A DNA stretch of 64,000 nucleotides from Vicinamibacterales bacterium (GTDB lineage: Bacteria; Acidobacteriota; Vicinamibacteria; Vicinamibacterales; UBA2999): contig CBDFLL010000004.1 of NCBI GenBank assembly GCA_965249205.1, positions 776,194 to 840,193 of the forward strand. Direction: 5' to 3'. Position 1 is the stretch's first letter. Every line of letters starts with the position of its first letter. Of the stretch, positions 50,045 to 61,177 are shown in pieces. The translations under genes and the position numbers were made by a program. The notes under the pieces were generated by a model. It was not told where the DNA came from. It searched no databases and saw only the letters and a program-made list of their open reading frames with translations.

Positions 50045-50706
50045 TAAGACCTCCCCCGTGATTGATCGACGCCGAAGCAGCGACGGGCCCCCTCGGCCCC
50101 GACGCCGATGCTGGGCGGCAACGATATGAACCCGGCCTGGCATTCATTCCGCGACCTCCCGTTATGGCGGTTCGATCCATGCAGCACAATTCCCGTACAG
50201 GACAAGAGGACCGATTCTAGCCGAAAAGGAAGGCTGGAAGCCCATGGTATTGATCTGCCGAACTCTGCAGTGGTGACCGTCGTGCCCTGCAGGAGCGTCG
50301 ATCTGCCCTTATTCGCGTGCTTTGGCAAGCACAGTGACGCGGCGGACGGCCACGCCGAGCGCCAGGAAGAAGACACCCACAGCGACAAGCCGCCGTGGTC
50401 GGGTAAAGTTAGACAACCAGCCGCATACGCGACACATTCGGGCCAGGTTTCTAATTTAGGGCCGTAGGTCGCCAAGAGCGCCCAATCTCGTTGTGACGTG
50501 CCGAAAATTCTGGTGTACCGGTCCCTCGCCACGCTCCGCGAGATGCCCTAGGCTCGGGTGGGAAAAAGACTTCCACCTTGACCACCGATGCATCCCGCCG
50601 GGCTGCGTTGCTCGTCGCTTACATGCGCCCGGCATACGCGTTCCCCGCGCCTTGCCGGGCGGGCGCCTCGATGCCCAAGCTGACACTCCAATTCCGGCCC
50701 GAACCC

Positions 50707-51462
50707 TTAGTCGCTCTCTGGCTCACGAGCGGTCAGGCTCCTCTGCGTCACGCGGACATCCGCGAAGTACGCGACGGTCTCGCCCCCGGTGTCGTCTGAG
50801 TCACAAAAGAGCGCAATATCGACGATCCGAGCGCCGGTGGGATCACCCCACAATTCCCGGTAGATGTCGGCAAGGTCGACGGCCTCGTGATGCCAGCGTC
50901 CCACGTTCGCCTGACCGCCATTCGCGACGTAATGAGGGAACGACCCGATGTACTTGTAATCACCCGAGCCGAGCATGCGGTTGCCCCAGATAATCTCCAT
51001 GCGATGGGGCTCATCGTCTGCCGTTTCGAACACGATGAAGAAACGCGCGGGGTGATCGTCACCTGCCTCTGTGAGTTCGTCGATGGTGCTGTCGATCCCC
51101 CTCCCGATGTACCACTGCCAGCTCAATGTCGGGTAGCGATCAAGCGGGATGTCTGTGTGTCGAAAGAGCATGGACGCGGTGTCGTGCGTGGCCAGCCTGA
51201 TCGCCGCCACGCCCTGCTTGGTCTCGAACGAGATATCCATCGGGCCGTGTCTCCAGAACAGCCTGTGATACCAGCCGTCCGGTAGCGGATCGATCGGCAG
51301 GGGATCGGTGAAGTCCATGATCGCAAACGAAGGCGAACCATCGGGCACCAGGACATTTACTCGGGAGTCGCCGCACGACGCCAGGCTGGCGGCCAAAGTG
51401 ACGACGATAGCCAGCGACGAGGTGGCGCCGAAGCTACTGCGTGGGCCCATGACTACATCCAT
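50707..51462 (-). CDS. DUF3047-like lipoprotein
   Basis: Lipobox LASC; P-LSWQW, GDD-PAR, W--E-VDL-DIY, DSDDTG; start uncertain. Confidence 0.72.
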   Translation of the reverse strand: MDVVMGPRSSFGATSSLAIVVTLAASLASCGDSRVNVLVPDGSPSFAIMDFTDPLPIDPLPDGWYHRLFWRHGPMDISFETKQGVAAIRLATHDTASMLFRHTDIPLDRYPTLSWQWYIGRGIDSTIDELTEAGDDHPARFFIVFETADDEPHRMEIIWGNRMLGSGDYKYIGSFPHYVANGGQANVGRWHHEAVDLADIYRELWGDPTGARIVDIALFCDSDDTGGETVAYFADVRVTQRSLTAREPESD

Positions 51463-51560
51463 GTGAGGCGAAGGGACTGCTCCAAGTTCCTGCGCTGGTT
51501 CCGCTTGCGGCCGTCTCCCCTGTCCGATAGTGTGTGGCCGGTGCAGCCAGGAGAACACAG

Positions 51561-52301
51561 ATGACGCAACGATACTCCCTGACTCGGTGGATCGCCGTCA
51601 GCGTGACTCTCTCGTTGGTGGGATTGGTCAGCCAAGGCATGGCGAGTGCCCAGGCGCTGCTGGCTGAGACTCGACGGGGTGCCGACCAGGGTGATGTCGC
51701 CGACGGGTTCCGTGAGATTTCCTATCAGACCCGCGACGGCGGCGGCGTCTTCGGCACCCTCTATGGTGAGGGCCCGCACGCAGTGCTCCTGGGTCATGGG
51801 GCCGTCTTCAACAAGGAGAGCTGGGATCATCTGGCCAAGCGCTTGGCGGCGGAGGGCCATCAGGCTCTCGCGATAGATTTTCGGGGTTATGGGAAGTCGA
51901 GAGCCGGTCGAGCCCGTGGCGGGCTGCACGAGGACATCATTGGCGGAATTCGCTATCTGAGGGAACAGGGTGCGGCGCGGGTGTCGGTCATCGGAGCGAG
52001 CATGGGGGGTGGTGCGGTCGGCGACGCGGTCACCCAGCTCGACCCCGGCGAAATCGATGCCCTCGTCCTGCTGGCAGCCGTTCCGACCCGGTCGCCGGAG
52101 CGTCTGCAGGGCAGAAAGTTATTTATCGTTTCCGAGGGCGACGGGTCGAGATCCTCGGTAGAGCAGCAGTTCCAGGCCGCACGCGAGCCCAAGACGCTGA
52201 CGACGCTTCCGGGCAGCGCTCACGCACAGCATATCTTCCGAACGGCGGTCGGCGAGGAGCTGACCGAGATCATGCTGGCCTGGATCGACGCGGGCCGCTA
52301 A
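51561..52301 (+). CDS. Exported alpha/beta hydrolase
   Basis: HG, DFRGYGKS, GASMGG, terminal His; signal peptide; AGGAG RBS. Confidence 0.85.
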   Translation: MTQRYSLTRWIAVSVTLSLVGLVSQGMASAQALLAETRRGADQGDVADGFREISYQTRDGGGVFGTLYGEGPHAVLLGHGAVFNKESWDHLAKRLAAEGHQALAIDFRGYGKSRAGRARGGLHEDIIGGIRYLREQGAARVSVIGASMGGGAVGDAVTQLDPGEIDALVLLAAVPTRSPERLQGRKLFIVSEGDGSRSSVEQQFQAAREPKTLTTLPGSAHAQHIFRTAVGEELTEIMLAWIDAGR

Positions 52302-52305
52302 CTAG

Positions 52306-52560
52306 CAGTCCGTGGTGAAAGTCCGGCGTGGCACCGAACGCGGATTTCACGAGCAGGGCCATGCTCCCCTGCCAGGTACTGCTGAAATCCGCGGTAGACG
52401 AGTGAGGCGCCTCGCGCGGATTCTGCTCGGTCGTGGCACGCCTGCGGAATCCGCGCTCGCGGGCAAGGCGCGACGACCGAGAATACAGCCTGTATTTGAC
52501 GGAGGAGCAACGCAGGCCGCGAGGATGCGTCGCTCGTCGAATGCAGACGGACTTTCACCA
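52306..52560. mobile_element. MITE-like element, copy 2, with two internal hairpin insertions
   Basis: Left IR CAGTCCGTGGTGAAAG, shortened right IR CTTTCACCA(C); CTAG at 52302-52305 and 52561-52564; colinear with revcomp of 6900..7057. Confidence 0.8.
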
Positions 52561-52658
52561 CTAGTGTTTCGTCACGCAACACAATCTCAAGAAGACTGTC
52601 GCAGGGCATCGGGGTTGAGTTCGACCCGGACCGTCTTCGGCATCGGAGGAGAATCAGG

Positions 52659-53708
52659 ATGAGCGCGGACGTGATGAGGGCAGTGGTCCTGAGGGAGTTC
52701 GGCGGGCCCGAAAAACTCAATCTCGAAGAGGTTGCCGCACCGACCCCGTCGATCCTCAAGGATCACGAAGTGTTGATTCGCGTCAAGGCGGTCGGAGTCT
52801 GTTACCACGACATCATCAATCGGACCGGCAATCTGCCACGTACGAAGCTCCCGTCGATCATGGGGCACGAGATCGCCGGAGAGGTGACCGCAGTCGGAAA
52901 CGGCGTCGAGTTGTTCCGCCGCGGTGATCGGGTGGCGACCATTCAGCGCGTCCACTGTGGCCGATGCGACCTGTGCCTGCGAGGCCGCAGTACCCTCTGC
53001 AAGGAGGGGGTGTTCTTCGGCGAGGAGATTCCGGGCGGCTATGCCGACTTCGTCGTCTCCGAGGAGCAGGGGCTGGCGAAGATTCCCGACTCCATCCCGT
53101 ACGAGGAGGGGTCGATCTGCGCCTGCACAATCGGGACGGCGATTCACGTCGTGAGATCGCGGGGGGCGGTTCAACTCGACGAGACGGTGCTGATTACCGG
53201 CGCCTCGGGCGGTGTTGGCCTGCACGCGATCCAGGTCTGCCGACTGACCGGCGCACGGGTGATCGCCGTAACCTCCTCGCCCAAGAAGGCCGATCGACTG
53301 AAAGAGGCCGGCGCTGATGAGGTGATCGTCGCGCCCGATCTGAAATTCGCGTCCCAGGTCCGTCGTCTCACACGCGGCGCCGGTGTCGACGTCGCACTGG
53401 AGATCACGGGGGCGCTCACCTTTGATCAGGCGTTGCGGAGTCTCGCTCCGGCGGGCAGGCTGATCCTCGTGGGGAGCCTGGAGACAAAACCGGCGTCATT
53501 CATGCCGGGTCTGATGATCCTGAAGGAGCTCCAAGTGCTCGGCTCGTTCGCGACCACGACCGCCGAGTTGGTGGAGGCGTTCCGGCTGGTGACCGAGAAG
53601 AAGATTCGGCCGATCGTGGCCGACGTGATGCCGCTCAGCGACGTGGCAAAAGCGCAGCAGATGCTCTTCGACCGCCAGGTGACGGGCAGACTGGTGCTGT
53701 CGGTCTGA
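52659..53708 (+). CDS. Zinc-dependent medium-chain alcohol dehydrogenase
   Basis: GVCYHD, GHE, CGRCDLC..C, GASGGVG. Confidence 0.92.
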   Translation: MSADVMRAVVLREFGGPEKLNLEEVAAPTPSILKDHEVLIRVKAVGVCYHDIINRTGNLPRTKLPSIMGHEIAGEVTAVGNGVELFRRGDRVATIQRVHCGRCDLCLRGRSTLCKEGVFFGEEIPGGYADFVVSEEQGLAKIPDSIPYEEGSICACTIGTAIHVVRSRGAVQLDETVLITGASGGVGLHAIQVCRLTGARVIAVTSSPKKADRLKEAGADEVIVAPDLKFASQVRRLTRGAGVDVALEITGALTFDQALRSLAPAGRLILVGSLETKPASFMPGLMILKELQVLGSFATTTAELVEAFRLVTEKKIRPIVADVMPLSDVAKAQQMLFDRQVTGRLVLSV

Positions 53709-53783
53709 CCGGGCGGTCGGTGAGAGACGAGGTGGATCGGGCGCCGATGCTCGGTGAGCTCACGGCGCTGGAGTAGGAGGGAC

Positions 53784-55313
53784 ATGGACCGGTCTGCGGC
53801 GGCGATCGCGTTGTATCGGTGGTCAGCTGGCGACCTCGAGATGTTCCTCGTCCATCGCTCGCCGGATTTGCGGTTCTTCGGCGACTATCTCGCGATGCCC
53901 GGTGGTGTGCGCTCACCGATGGACGGTCCGGATGAGGATGCGCAGCCGGGAACCGGCGTCGCCGCCGGTCGCGCCGATCGCAATGCGATGCGGCAATGCG
54001 CGAAGCGCGAGCTGTTCGAGGAGACAGGTGTGCTCCTCGATGCCGGGATGCGGTCGTTGCCAGCGGATCGCCGAGCGCAACTCCGACGCCGTCTCCTGGA
54101 TCACGACGAAACCGTCGCCGAAGAGGCGTGGCGAGAACTTCGACACGCCTCGGCCGGTCCGTCAGAGTTGACGGAACTTTGCCGGATCCGTACTCCGGCC
54201 TTCACGCCCATTCGGTACGACACACAGTTCTTCCTCGCCGCACTCCCCGACGGCGAGGAGCCGGAGGTGTGGCTCGGTGAGCTGACGACCGGCCGTTTCG
54301 AGACCGCGGAGACCTGGCTCGCAGAGTGGGCGGCGGGCGACTGCCTGATCGTGCCTCCCGTGATCGTTCTTCTGCAGCGTTTGCGGGCAGGCGACCTCTC
54401 GAGTTTCACGGCGGACGCGGCGGCGATGACCGAGGGTTTCCGACGGGGCAAGTTGCACCGCGTGTTCTTTAGCCCGGGCATCCTGATGGCGATCCTGAAC
54501 ACGCCGACATTGCCGCCGGCCACGACGACCAACTGTTTCATCGTCGGGGCGGATCGCCTGTGCATCGTCGACCCAGGTGCGCCGGCGCCGGCGGATCAGG
54601 CACGGCTCTTTGAGCTCCTCGACGAGCTACGAGGCGAGGGCGCGAGCCTTGAGGCGGTCATCTGCACGCACCATCATCGGGATCACGTCGGTGCCGTCAA
54701 CGCGGTCAGTCAGCGCTATCAGCTGCCGGTCCACGCCCATGCGATCACGATGGAGCGGCTCGAGCCGGGGTTTCTGCGCGGTCGCGTGCTGGCGGACGGT
54801 GATCGGATCGATCTCGGTGCCGCGCCGGACGGAAGCCCCGACTGGTATCTGGAAGCGATTTTCACCCCGGGCCACGACCGTGGGCACCTGGCGTTTCGTG
54901 AGAGTCGTTACAAGGCACTGATTGCCGGCGACATGATCTCGACCGTCACCACGATCATGATTGACCCTCCGGAAGGCCACCTTGAGACCTACATGAACAG
55001 CCTGAATCGGCTGCTTGCGACCGAGATGACCGCGCTGCTTCCCGGTCATGGTCCGGCGGTCCCAGATGGCAAGAAAATCGTCGAGAAGTTCATCAAGCAC
55101 CGTGAGGTCCGGCAGGGCAAGCTGCGGGCCGCAGTCGCACAGGGACCTAACACCGTGGAGGGGTTGCTCCCGAGAGTGTATGAGGATGTGCAGGAGGCGA
55201 TGTACCCGTACGCAGCCCGCCTACTCCTGGCCGGCCTGGAGCAACTCGCGGAGGCGGGCCAGGTCGTGAACAGGGACGGCGTGTGGACTGCCACCGAGAC
55301 GTTGTCCATCTGA
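53784..55313 (+). CDS. Nudix plus metallo-beta-lactamase (LACTB2-like) fusion
   Basis: PGG..RELFEETG Nudix box, R-DT-FF, THHHRDH, TPGH, PGHG; AGGAGG RBS. Confidence 0.85.
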   Translation: MDRSAAAIALYRWSAGDLEMFLVHRSPDLRFFGDYLAMPGGVRSPMDGPDEDAQPGTGVAAGRADRNAMRQCAKRELFEETGVLLDAGMRSLPADRRAQLRRRLLDHDETVAEEAWRELRHASAGPSELTELCRIRTPAFTPIRYDTQFFLAALPDGEEPEVWLGELTTGRFETAETWLAEWAAGDCLIVPPVIVLLQRLRAGDLSSFTADAAAMTEGFRRGKLHRVFFSPGILMAILNTPTLPPATTTNCFIVGADRLCIVDPGAPAPADQARLFELLDELRGEGASLEAVICTHHHRDHVGAVNAVSQRYQLPVHAHAITMERLEPGFLRGRVLADGDRIDLGAAPDGSPDWYLEAIFTPGHDRGHLAFRESRYKALIAGDMISTVTTIMIDPPEGHLETYMNSLNRLLATEMTALLPGHGPAVPDGKKIVEKFIKHREVRQGKLRAAVAQGPNTVEGLLPRVYEDVQEAMYPYAARLLLAGLEQLAEAGQVVNRDGVWTATETLSI

Positions 55314-55465
55314 ACGCTCAGCACAGCCCGAGTTCGCCTGTTGGCGGCTATTGCTCTACTATCACTGGCATGCTGATGGGTCAGCGAACGGCAGGGTGCC
55401 CCGTTGGTACGAAAACGGGAATCGGCCCGACGGGCGATACATCGTCGAAACGCGGCGCATCGTGA

Positions 55466-57073
55466 ATGCCGGCCATCCATAGCGATCTCAATCCGCGCTC
55501 CGCGGAATTCAAAGCCAACTCAGATGCGATGCGCGCGTTGGTGGCCGACTTACGCGCCAAGTGTCGGGAGATCGGTGAAGGCGGCGGGGAAGCGGCGCGC
55601 GTGAAGCACGAAGCTCGCGGAAAACTGCTGCCCCGAGAGCGTGTGCGCAAACTGCTCGATGTCGGGTCACCGTTTTTGGAGCTGTCGCAGCTCGCCGCGT
55701 TGAACATGTACGACGACAACGTGCCCTCAGCGGGTATCGTCACCGGTGTAGGACGTGTGTCGGGTCGCGAGTGTGTGATCGTCGCCAACGATGCGACGGT
55801 CAAAGGAGGCACGTACTACGGGATCACGGTCAAGAAACATCTGCGTGCACAGGAGATCGCGTGGGAGAATCGGCTGCCATGTATCTATCTCGTCGATTCC
55901 GGGGGTGCGAATCTTCCCAATCAGGACGACATATTCGCTGATCGCGAACACTTCGGACGCATTTTCTATAACCAGGCCAACATGTCCGCGGCGGGCATTC
56001 CGCAGATCGCCTGCGTGATGGGTTCATGTACCGCTGGCGGCGCCTATGTGCCGGCCATGGCCGACGAAGCGATTATCGTCAAGAACCAGGGCACGATTTT
56101 CCTCGGCGGTCCGCCGCTGGTGAAGGCGGCGACTGGCGAAGTGGTCAGCGCGGAAGCACTTGGCGGTGCAGACGTGCATGCGCGCACGTCGGGAGTTGTC
56201 GACCACTACGCACTGAACGATGACCATGCTCTTGAGATGGTTCGTCGCGTCGTGGCGCGTCTGAATCTGCGTAAGCAGGTTGAGCTGGAGGTACGAGAAT
56301 CGCGGGAACCTGTCTATGCGGCAGACGAACTGCCGGGAATCATTCCCGCTGATACACGAAAGCCGTATGAGGTCAGGGAAGTGATCGCGCGCATCGTTGA
56401 TGGTAGCGAGATGGACGAATTCAAGCCGTTGTACGGCACGACGTTGGTCACCGGATTTGCGCACATACTTGGCTATCCGGTGGGCATTGTCGCCAATAGC
56501 GGCATTCTGTTCTCCGAATCGGCGCTGAAGGGCACGCATTTCATCGAACTGTGCGCGCAACGCGGTATTCCGTTGATATTTCTACAGAACATCAGCGGAT
56601 TCATGGTCGGGCAGAAATACGAATCCGGCGGTATCGCCAAAGACGGCGCAAAAATGGTCAGTGCGGTCGCCTGTGCGCAGGTGCCGAAGTTCACGGTCAT
56701 CATCGGCGGCAGTTTCGGAGCCGGCAATTACGGGATGTGCGGACGCGCGTATTCGCCACGTTTTCTCTGGATGTGGCCGAACGCACGCATATCTGTGATG
56801 GGCGGCGAGCAGGCAGCGGATGTACTTGCCACGGTCAAGCGGGATGCCATCGAAGCATCCGGCCAGACGTGGAGCCAGGAAGATGAGACCGCCTTCAAGG
56901 CGCCGATACACGAGCAATACGAGATGCAGGGCCACCCCTACTATTCGTCAGCCCGGTTGTGGGACGACGGTGTCATCGATCCTGTCGACACGCGCATGGT
57001 GCTGGGCCTGGGGATCTCCGCCGCGCTGAATGCGCCGATTCGACAAACGCGCTTTGGCGTGTTCAGGATGTAG
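55466..57073 (+). CDS. liuB: 3-methylcrotonyl-CoA carboxylase beta subunit
   Basis: [40 protein letters not shown]. Confidence 0.93.
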   Translation: MPAIHSDLNPRSAEFKANSDAMRALVADLRAKCREIGEGGGEAARVKHEARGKLLPRERVRKLLDVGSPFLELSQLAALNMYDDNVPSAGIVTGVGRVSGRECVIVANDATVKGGTYYGITVKKHLRAQEIAWENRLPCIYLVDSGGANLPNQDDIFADREHFGRIFYNQANMSAAGIPQIACVMGSCTAGGAYVPAMADEAIIVKNQGTIFLGGPPLVKAATGEVVSAEALGGADVHARTSGVVDHYALNDDHALEMVRRVVARLNLRKQVELEVRESREPVYAADELPGIIPADTRKPYEVREVIARIVDGSEMDEFKPLYGTTLVTGFAHILGYPVGIVANSGILFSESALKGTHFIELCAQRGIPLIFLQNISGFMVGQKYESGGIAKDGAKMVSAVACAQVPKFTVIIGGSFGAGNYGMCGRAYSPRFLWMWPNARISVMGGEQAADVLATVKRDAIEASGQTWSQEDETAFKAPIHEQYEMQGHPYYSSARLWDDGVIDPVDTRMVLGLGISAALNAPIRQTRFGVFRM

Positions 57074-57230
57074 GGGCGCCATCGGTACGCACGTGTGCCA
57101 ACGATGCGGCGTCGCGACACCTGGTGAACGCCGGACCACTTGCCCAACTCGAGACACGTGCCTGCCGCGCATGATGGCCGGCGCATTCGTTCGATCCTGA
57201 TGCGGGAGCGGAGGTTGTTCCGTAAGTACG

Positions 57231-58025
57231 ATGACTGACTATCGAACGCTCGAACTTGAGATCCGTCGCGACGTCGCGGTCATCTGGATGAACCGGCCCG
57301 ACGTACGCAACGCGTTCAACGACACGATGGTTGCCGAGTTGACGCAGGTACTCACGTCGCTCGAGGCGGATGATGCGATTCGCGCAATCGTGCTCGCTGG
57401 GCGTGGTCCCTCGTTCTGCGCAGGTGCCGATCTGAACTGGATGAAGAAGATGGCCGGTTACAGCACCGAGCAGAACTACGAGGATGCGCTCGGCCTGGCG
57501 ACCATGCTGCACACGCTCCATACGTTTAAGAAACCGACCATCGCCCGTGTGCACGGCCATGCGTACGGCGGTGGCGTGGGGCTGGTGGCTGCCTGCGATA
57601 TCGCTATTGCCGCAGTCGAAGCGGAGTTCTGTTTGTCCGAGGTGAGGATCGGACTGATTCCCGCGACGATAGGTCCATACGTGGTTGCGGCGATGGGTGA
57701 ACGCGCCGGGCGGAGATTCATGCTGACTGCCGAGCGCTTTGCCGCGGCGGAGGCGTATCGGGTTGGCTTTGTGCATGAAATGGCGCCGGCCGACAAAGTT
57801 GACGAGAAGATAGACGAAGTACTCGCTCACCTCATACGAGGCGGAAGCGCTGCTCACGCTGAGACGAAGTCAGTGATCACTGCGATAACGGCATCGCCGC
57901 TGAATCAGCAGCTGATTGAGGAAACGGCTACCCGCATCGCGCGAGTACGGGCGTCAGACGAAGGAAAGGAAGGCATTCGCGCCTTTCTCGAGAAGCGTAA
58001 ACCGGCGTGGGTGCCTGGAGACTAG
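57231..58025 (+). CDS. liuC: Methylglutaconyl-CoA hydratase
   Basis: NRPDVRNAF, FCAGADLNWM, LSEVRIGLIPA; between liuB and liuD. Confidence 0.88.
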   Translation: MTDYRTLELEIRRDVAVIWMNRPDVRNAFNDTMVAELTQVLTSLEADDAIRAIVLAGRGPSFCAGADLNWMKKMAGYSTEQNYEDALGLATMLHTLHTFKKPTIARVHGHAYGGGVGLVAACDIAIAAVEAEFCLSEVRIGLIPATIGPYVVAAMGERAGRRFMLTAERFAAAEAYRVGFVHEMAPADKVDEKIDEVLAHLIRGGSAAHAETKSVITAITASPLNQQLIEETATRIARVRASDEGKEGIRAFLEKRKPAWVPGD

Positions 58026-58070
58026 CTGAGCAGAGGGACTCACGGTCGTTGACGCCCTGAAATCGCCCCC

Positions 58071-60074
58071 ATGTTCAAAAAGATACTCATAGCCAACCGC
58101 GGCGAGATTGCGGTTCGCATTGCGCGCACGGCGAAACGCCTCGGCATTCGCACTGTTGCGGTCTATTCGGACGCCGACGCCGGGGCCATGCACTCGGAGA
58201 TCTGTGACGAGGCCCATTCGATTGGGGGCGCCGCCGCACGCGATTCGTATCTGCACGGCGAACGCATCATCGAGGTTGCACGAGAGGCCGGCGCACAGGC
58301 GATTCACCCAGGCTACGGGTTCCTCGCGGAAAACGCGGGTTTTGCCAGCGCCTGTGCCGACGCAGGTGTCGTGTTTGTCGGTCCGCCAGCTGCTGCCATC
58401 GACGCGATGGGCTCCAAGAGTGCGGCGAAGGCATTGATGGAGAAAGCCGGTGTGCCGCTCGTGCCCGGTTATCACGGTGAGACACAGGACGACGCGCTCT
58501 TGCAAGGGGAGGCCGACCGTATCGGCTATCCCGTGCTGATCAAGGCCTCCGCTGGCGGTGGGGGCAAGGGTATGCGTGTGGTCGGGCAGCGCGAAGACTT
58601 CATAGAGTCATTGCGTGGCGCCCAGCGTGAGGCGCAATCCGGCTTCGGTGATGACCGCATGCTGGTCGAAAAGTACCTCAGGCGTGCGCGTCACATCGAG
58701 GTGCAGATATTTGCCGATCAGGCCGGCGATTGCGTGCACTTGTTCGAACGCGACTGCTCCATGCAGCGGCGCCATCAGAAAATCATCGAGGAAGCACCCG
58801 CGCCGGGCATGACGGAGTCGCGTCGTCAAAGCATGGGCGAGGCCGCCGTGGCGGCGGCGAAGGCCGTTGGTTATGTGGGGGCAGGCACGGTTGAGTTCAT
58901 TGCCGAGCACGACGGGCAGTTTTATTTCATGGAAATGAATACTCGCCTGCAGGTGGAGCATCCGGTGACGGAAATGATCACTGGACTCGATCTTGTGGAG
59001 TGGCAATTGCGGGTCGCGTATGGCGGTGCACTTCCGTTGACGCAGTCGGCACTGAGCATGGCCGGCCACGCCTTTGAAGCGCGAGTGTACGCCGAGGACC
59101 CGGAGCGGGGGTTTCTCCCCGCGACTGGTGTCATCACTCACCTGCGACAGCCCGCCGACTCGCGGAACGTGCGCATCGACACCGGCGTGCGTGAAGGTGA
59201 CGACATCGGCATCAGCTACGATCCAATGATTGCGAAAGTGATCGCGTGGGACGTCGACCGCCCGTCGGCTCTGCGCCGTTTGCGCCGCGCACTCGGTGAG
59301 TATCAAATCGTTGGACCGAAGACCAACGTGTCGTTTCTGCTCAATCTGTCTTCCCATCACGCCTTTGCGGGCGCTGATAGTGAGCCGTCGTTGCTCGACA
59401 CGGGGCTGATCGAACGTTACCGGGGAGAGTTGTTCCCTGACGCGCAGCCGGCATCAGACCTGGTGCTCTCGCTCGCGGTGCTGTCGGAACTGTTGCACGG
59501 TGACCATCAGGCGCGGGATGCTGCCGCCGATCCTTATTCGCCGTGGCATAGGCGCGACGGGTGGCGTCTCAATCTAGACAACGATCAGGCGTTCGTCTTC
59601 ATCGATGGTAGCCGGCGCGTCACAGTAACCGCGCGCTATCGCGAACGTGGCTTTCTTCTGGAATTACCGGGCAGCGACGCTGTGGTGAGTGGAGAACACC
59701 GAGACGACAATCGAATTGTCGCCGATGTGGATGGAGTGCGTATCAGTGGCGCTGTGGTTCGAGAGCCGCATGCGTTGACCGTATTCGCATTCGGCGCTAG
59801 CCATCGCCTCGAACGCGAGCAGTTCACGATCACTGAGGACGACAAACCCAGCGGGTTGCTGGTATCACCGCTGCCAGGCAGCGTGGCGAAAGTACTCGTC
59901 GAAACCGGACAACTGGTCGACACGGGACAGCCGTTGATAGTCGTCGAAGCCATGAAAATGGAACACACGATCTCGGCGCCGCACGCGGGCCGCGTCACGC
60001 ACATATATTTCACGCTCGGCGAACAGGTAGCGGAAGGTGCGCAACTGCTCGCTATAGAGGAAATCCAGCCATGA
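58071..60074 (+). CDS. liuD: 3-methylcrotonyl-CoA carboxylase alpha (biotin) subunit
   Basis: ANRGEIA, GGGGKGMR, EMNTRLQVEHP, EAMKME. Confidence 0.92.
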   Translation: MFKKILIANRGEIAVRIARTAKRLGIRTVAVYSDADAGAMHSEICDEAHSIGGAAARDSYLHGERIIEVAREAGAQAIHPGYGFLAENAGFASACADAGVVFVGPPAAAIDAMGSKSAAKALMEKAGVPLVPGYHGETQDDALLQGEADRIGYPVLIKASAGGGGKGMRVVGQREDFIESLRGAQREAQSGFGDDRMLVEKYLRRARHIEVQIFADQAGDCVHLFERDCSMQRRHQKIIEEAPAPGMTESRRQSMGEAAVAAAKAVGYVGAGTVEFIAEHDGQFYFMEMNTRLQVEHPVTEMITGLDLVEWQLRVAYGGALPLTQSALSMAGHAFEARVYAEDPERGFLPATGVITHLRQPADSRNVRIDTGVREGDDIGISYDPMIAKVIAWDVDRPSALRRLRRALGEYQIVGPKTNVSFLLNLSSHHAFAGADSEPSLLDTGLIERYRGELFPDAQPASDLVLSLAVLSELLHGDHQARDAAADPYSPWHRRDGWRLNLDNDQAFVFIDGSRRVTVTARYRERGFLLELPGSDAVVSGEHRDDNRIVADVDGVRISGAVVREPHALTVFAFGASHRLEREQFTITEDDKPSGLLVSPLPGSVAKVLVETGQLVDTGQPLIVVEAMKMEHTISAPHAGRVTHIYFTLGEQVAEGAQLLAIEEIQP

Positions 60075-60985
60075 CATATCCGAAGCGGGTACACCTGATC
60101 GAAGTTGGCCCCCGGGACGGTTTGCAGAACGAGGCACGTGCCGTTCCCACCGACGTCAAAGTCGAATTGATAGAGCGCCTTGCTGACGCGGGTCTGGCGA
60201 TGATCGAGGCGGGCAGCTTCGTGTCACCCAAGTGGGTACCGCAGATGGCGGATACAGGTGAGGTCATGGCGCGTATCCGCCGCCGCGAAGGCGTGGCGTA
60301 CCCCGTGCTCGTGCCAAATACGAAGGGCCTCGACGCGGCCATTGCCGCAGGTGCCACGGAAATCGCCGGTTTCGCCGCGGCGACTGAGACGTTTTCACAG
60401 CGCAACACGAACTGTTCAATCGCCGAATCACTCGGACGGCAGTCGACGGTGTGCCGTGCGGCGATCGAACAGGGATTGCGGATCCGTGGATATGTGTCTG
60501 CTGTGCTTGGCTGCCCGTATGAAGGTGAGGTACAGCCGGCGCAAGTTGCCGATGTGGCGCGGCGCCTGTCGGACATGGGCTGCTACGCAATCTCCCTCGG
60601 CGACACGACTGGCATGGGCACGCCGGCAAAGACACAGCGCCTGATCGAGTCCGTTGGTGCCCACGTGGCGGTCGAAAGACTCGGCGGGCATTATCACGAC
60701 ACGTACGGCCAGGCAGTCGCCAACACACTGGCGTCTCTCGAAATGGGCATGGCCACCTTCGATAGTTCGGTCGCCGGGCTGGGGGGCTGTCCGTACGCGC
60801 CCGGTGCGACCGGTAACGTGGCAACCGAAGACATGGTGTATATGCTCGACGGCATGGGCATCGAAACCGGTGTGAATATGGATGCATTGCTCGACGCTGC
60901 GGAGTTTATCTGCTCGCGTCTGGAACGGGTCACGGTGTCCCGCGCCGGTCGTGCATTGAGCATCAAACGCAAGAAGGCGGCATAG
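60071..60985 (+). CDS. liuE: Hydroxymethylglutaryl-CoA lyase
   Basis: EVGPRDGLQNE, H-HDTYGQ, GLGGCPYAPGATGN. Confidence 0.93.
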   Translation: MTYPKRVHLIEVGPRDGLQNEARAVPTDVKVELIERLADAGLAMIEAGSFVSPKWVPQMADTGEVMARIRRREGVAYPVLVPNTKGLDAAIAAGATEIAGFAAATETFSQRNTNCSIAESLGRQSTVCRAAIEQGLRIRGYVSAVLGCPYEGEVQPAQVADVARRLSDMGCYAISLGDTTGMGTPAKTQRLIESVGAHVAVERLGGHYHDTYGQAVANTLASLEMGMATFDSSVAGLGGCPYAPGATGNVATEDMVYMLDGMGIETGVNMDALLDAAEFICSRLERVTVSRAGRALSIKRKKAA

Positions 60986-61177
60986 TGGGTTTACTGCACG
61001 GCTCGCCCCCGCGCGATCGATGAAATTGCCGACCGGCGTGTCGAAGGGGCGCTGTTCGTGCCCGGCAGCCGCAAGGTCGCGCTCACGCGGACCAGGACCG
61101 GGATCGCGGTTTTGATGTGCAGTATGAGGAGAACGCGAAGTGCTTACGAGACGTGAACAACACCGGAAGGCGGCGGC

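Noticed and set aside
50050-50700. Possible genes in the korA-DUF3047 spacer, including a short hydrophobic minus-strand frame
   Set aside because: No convincing RBS, motif or consistent frame; could be decayed sequence.
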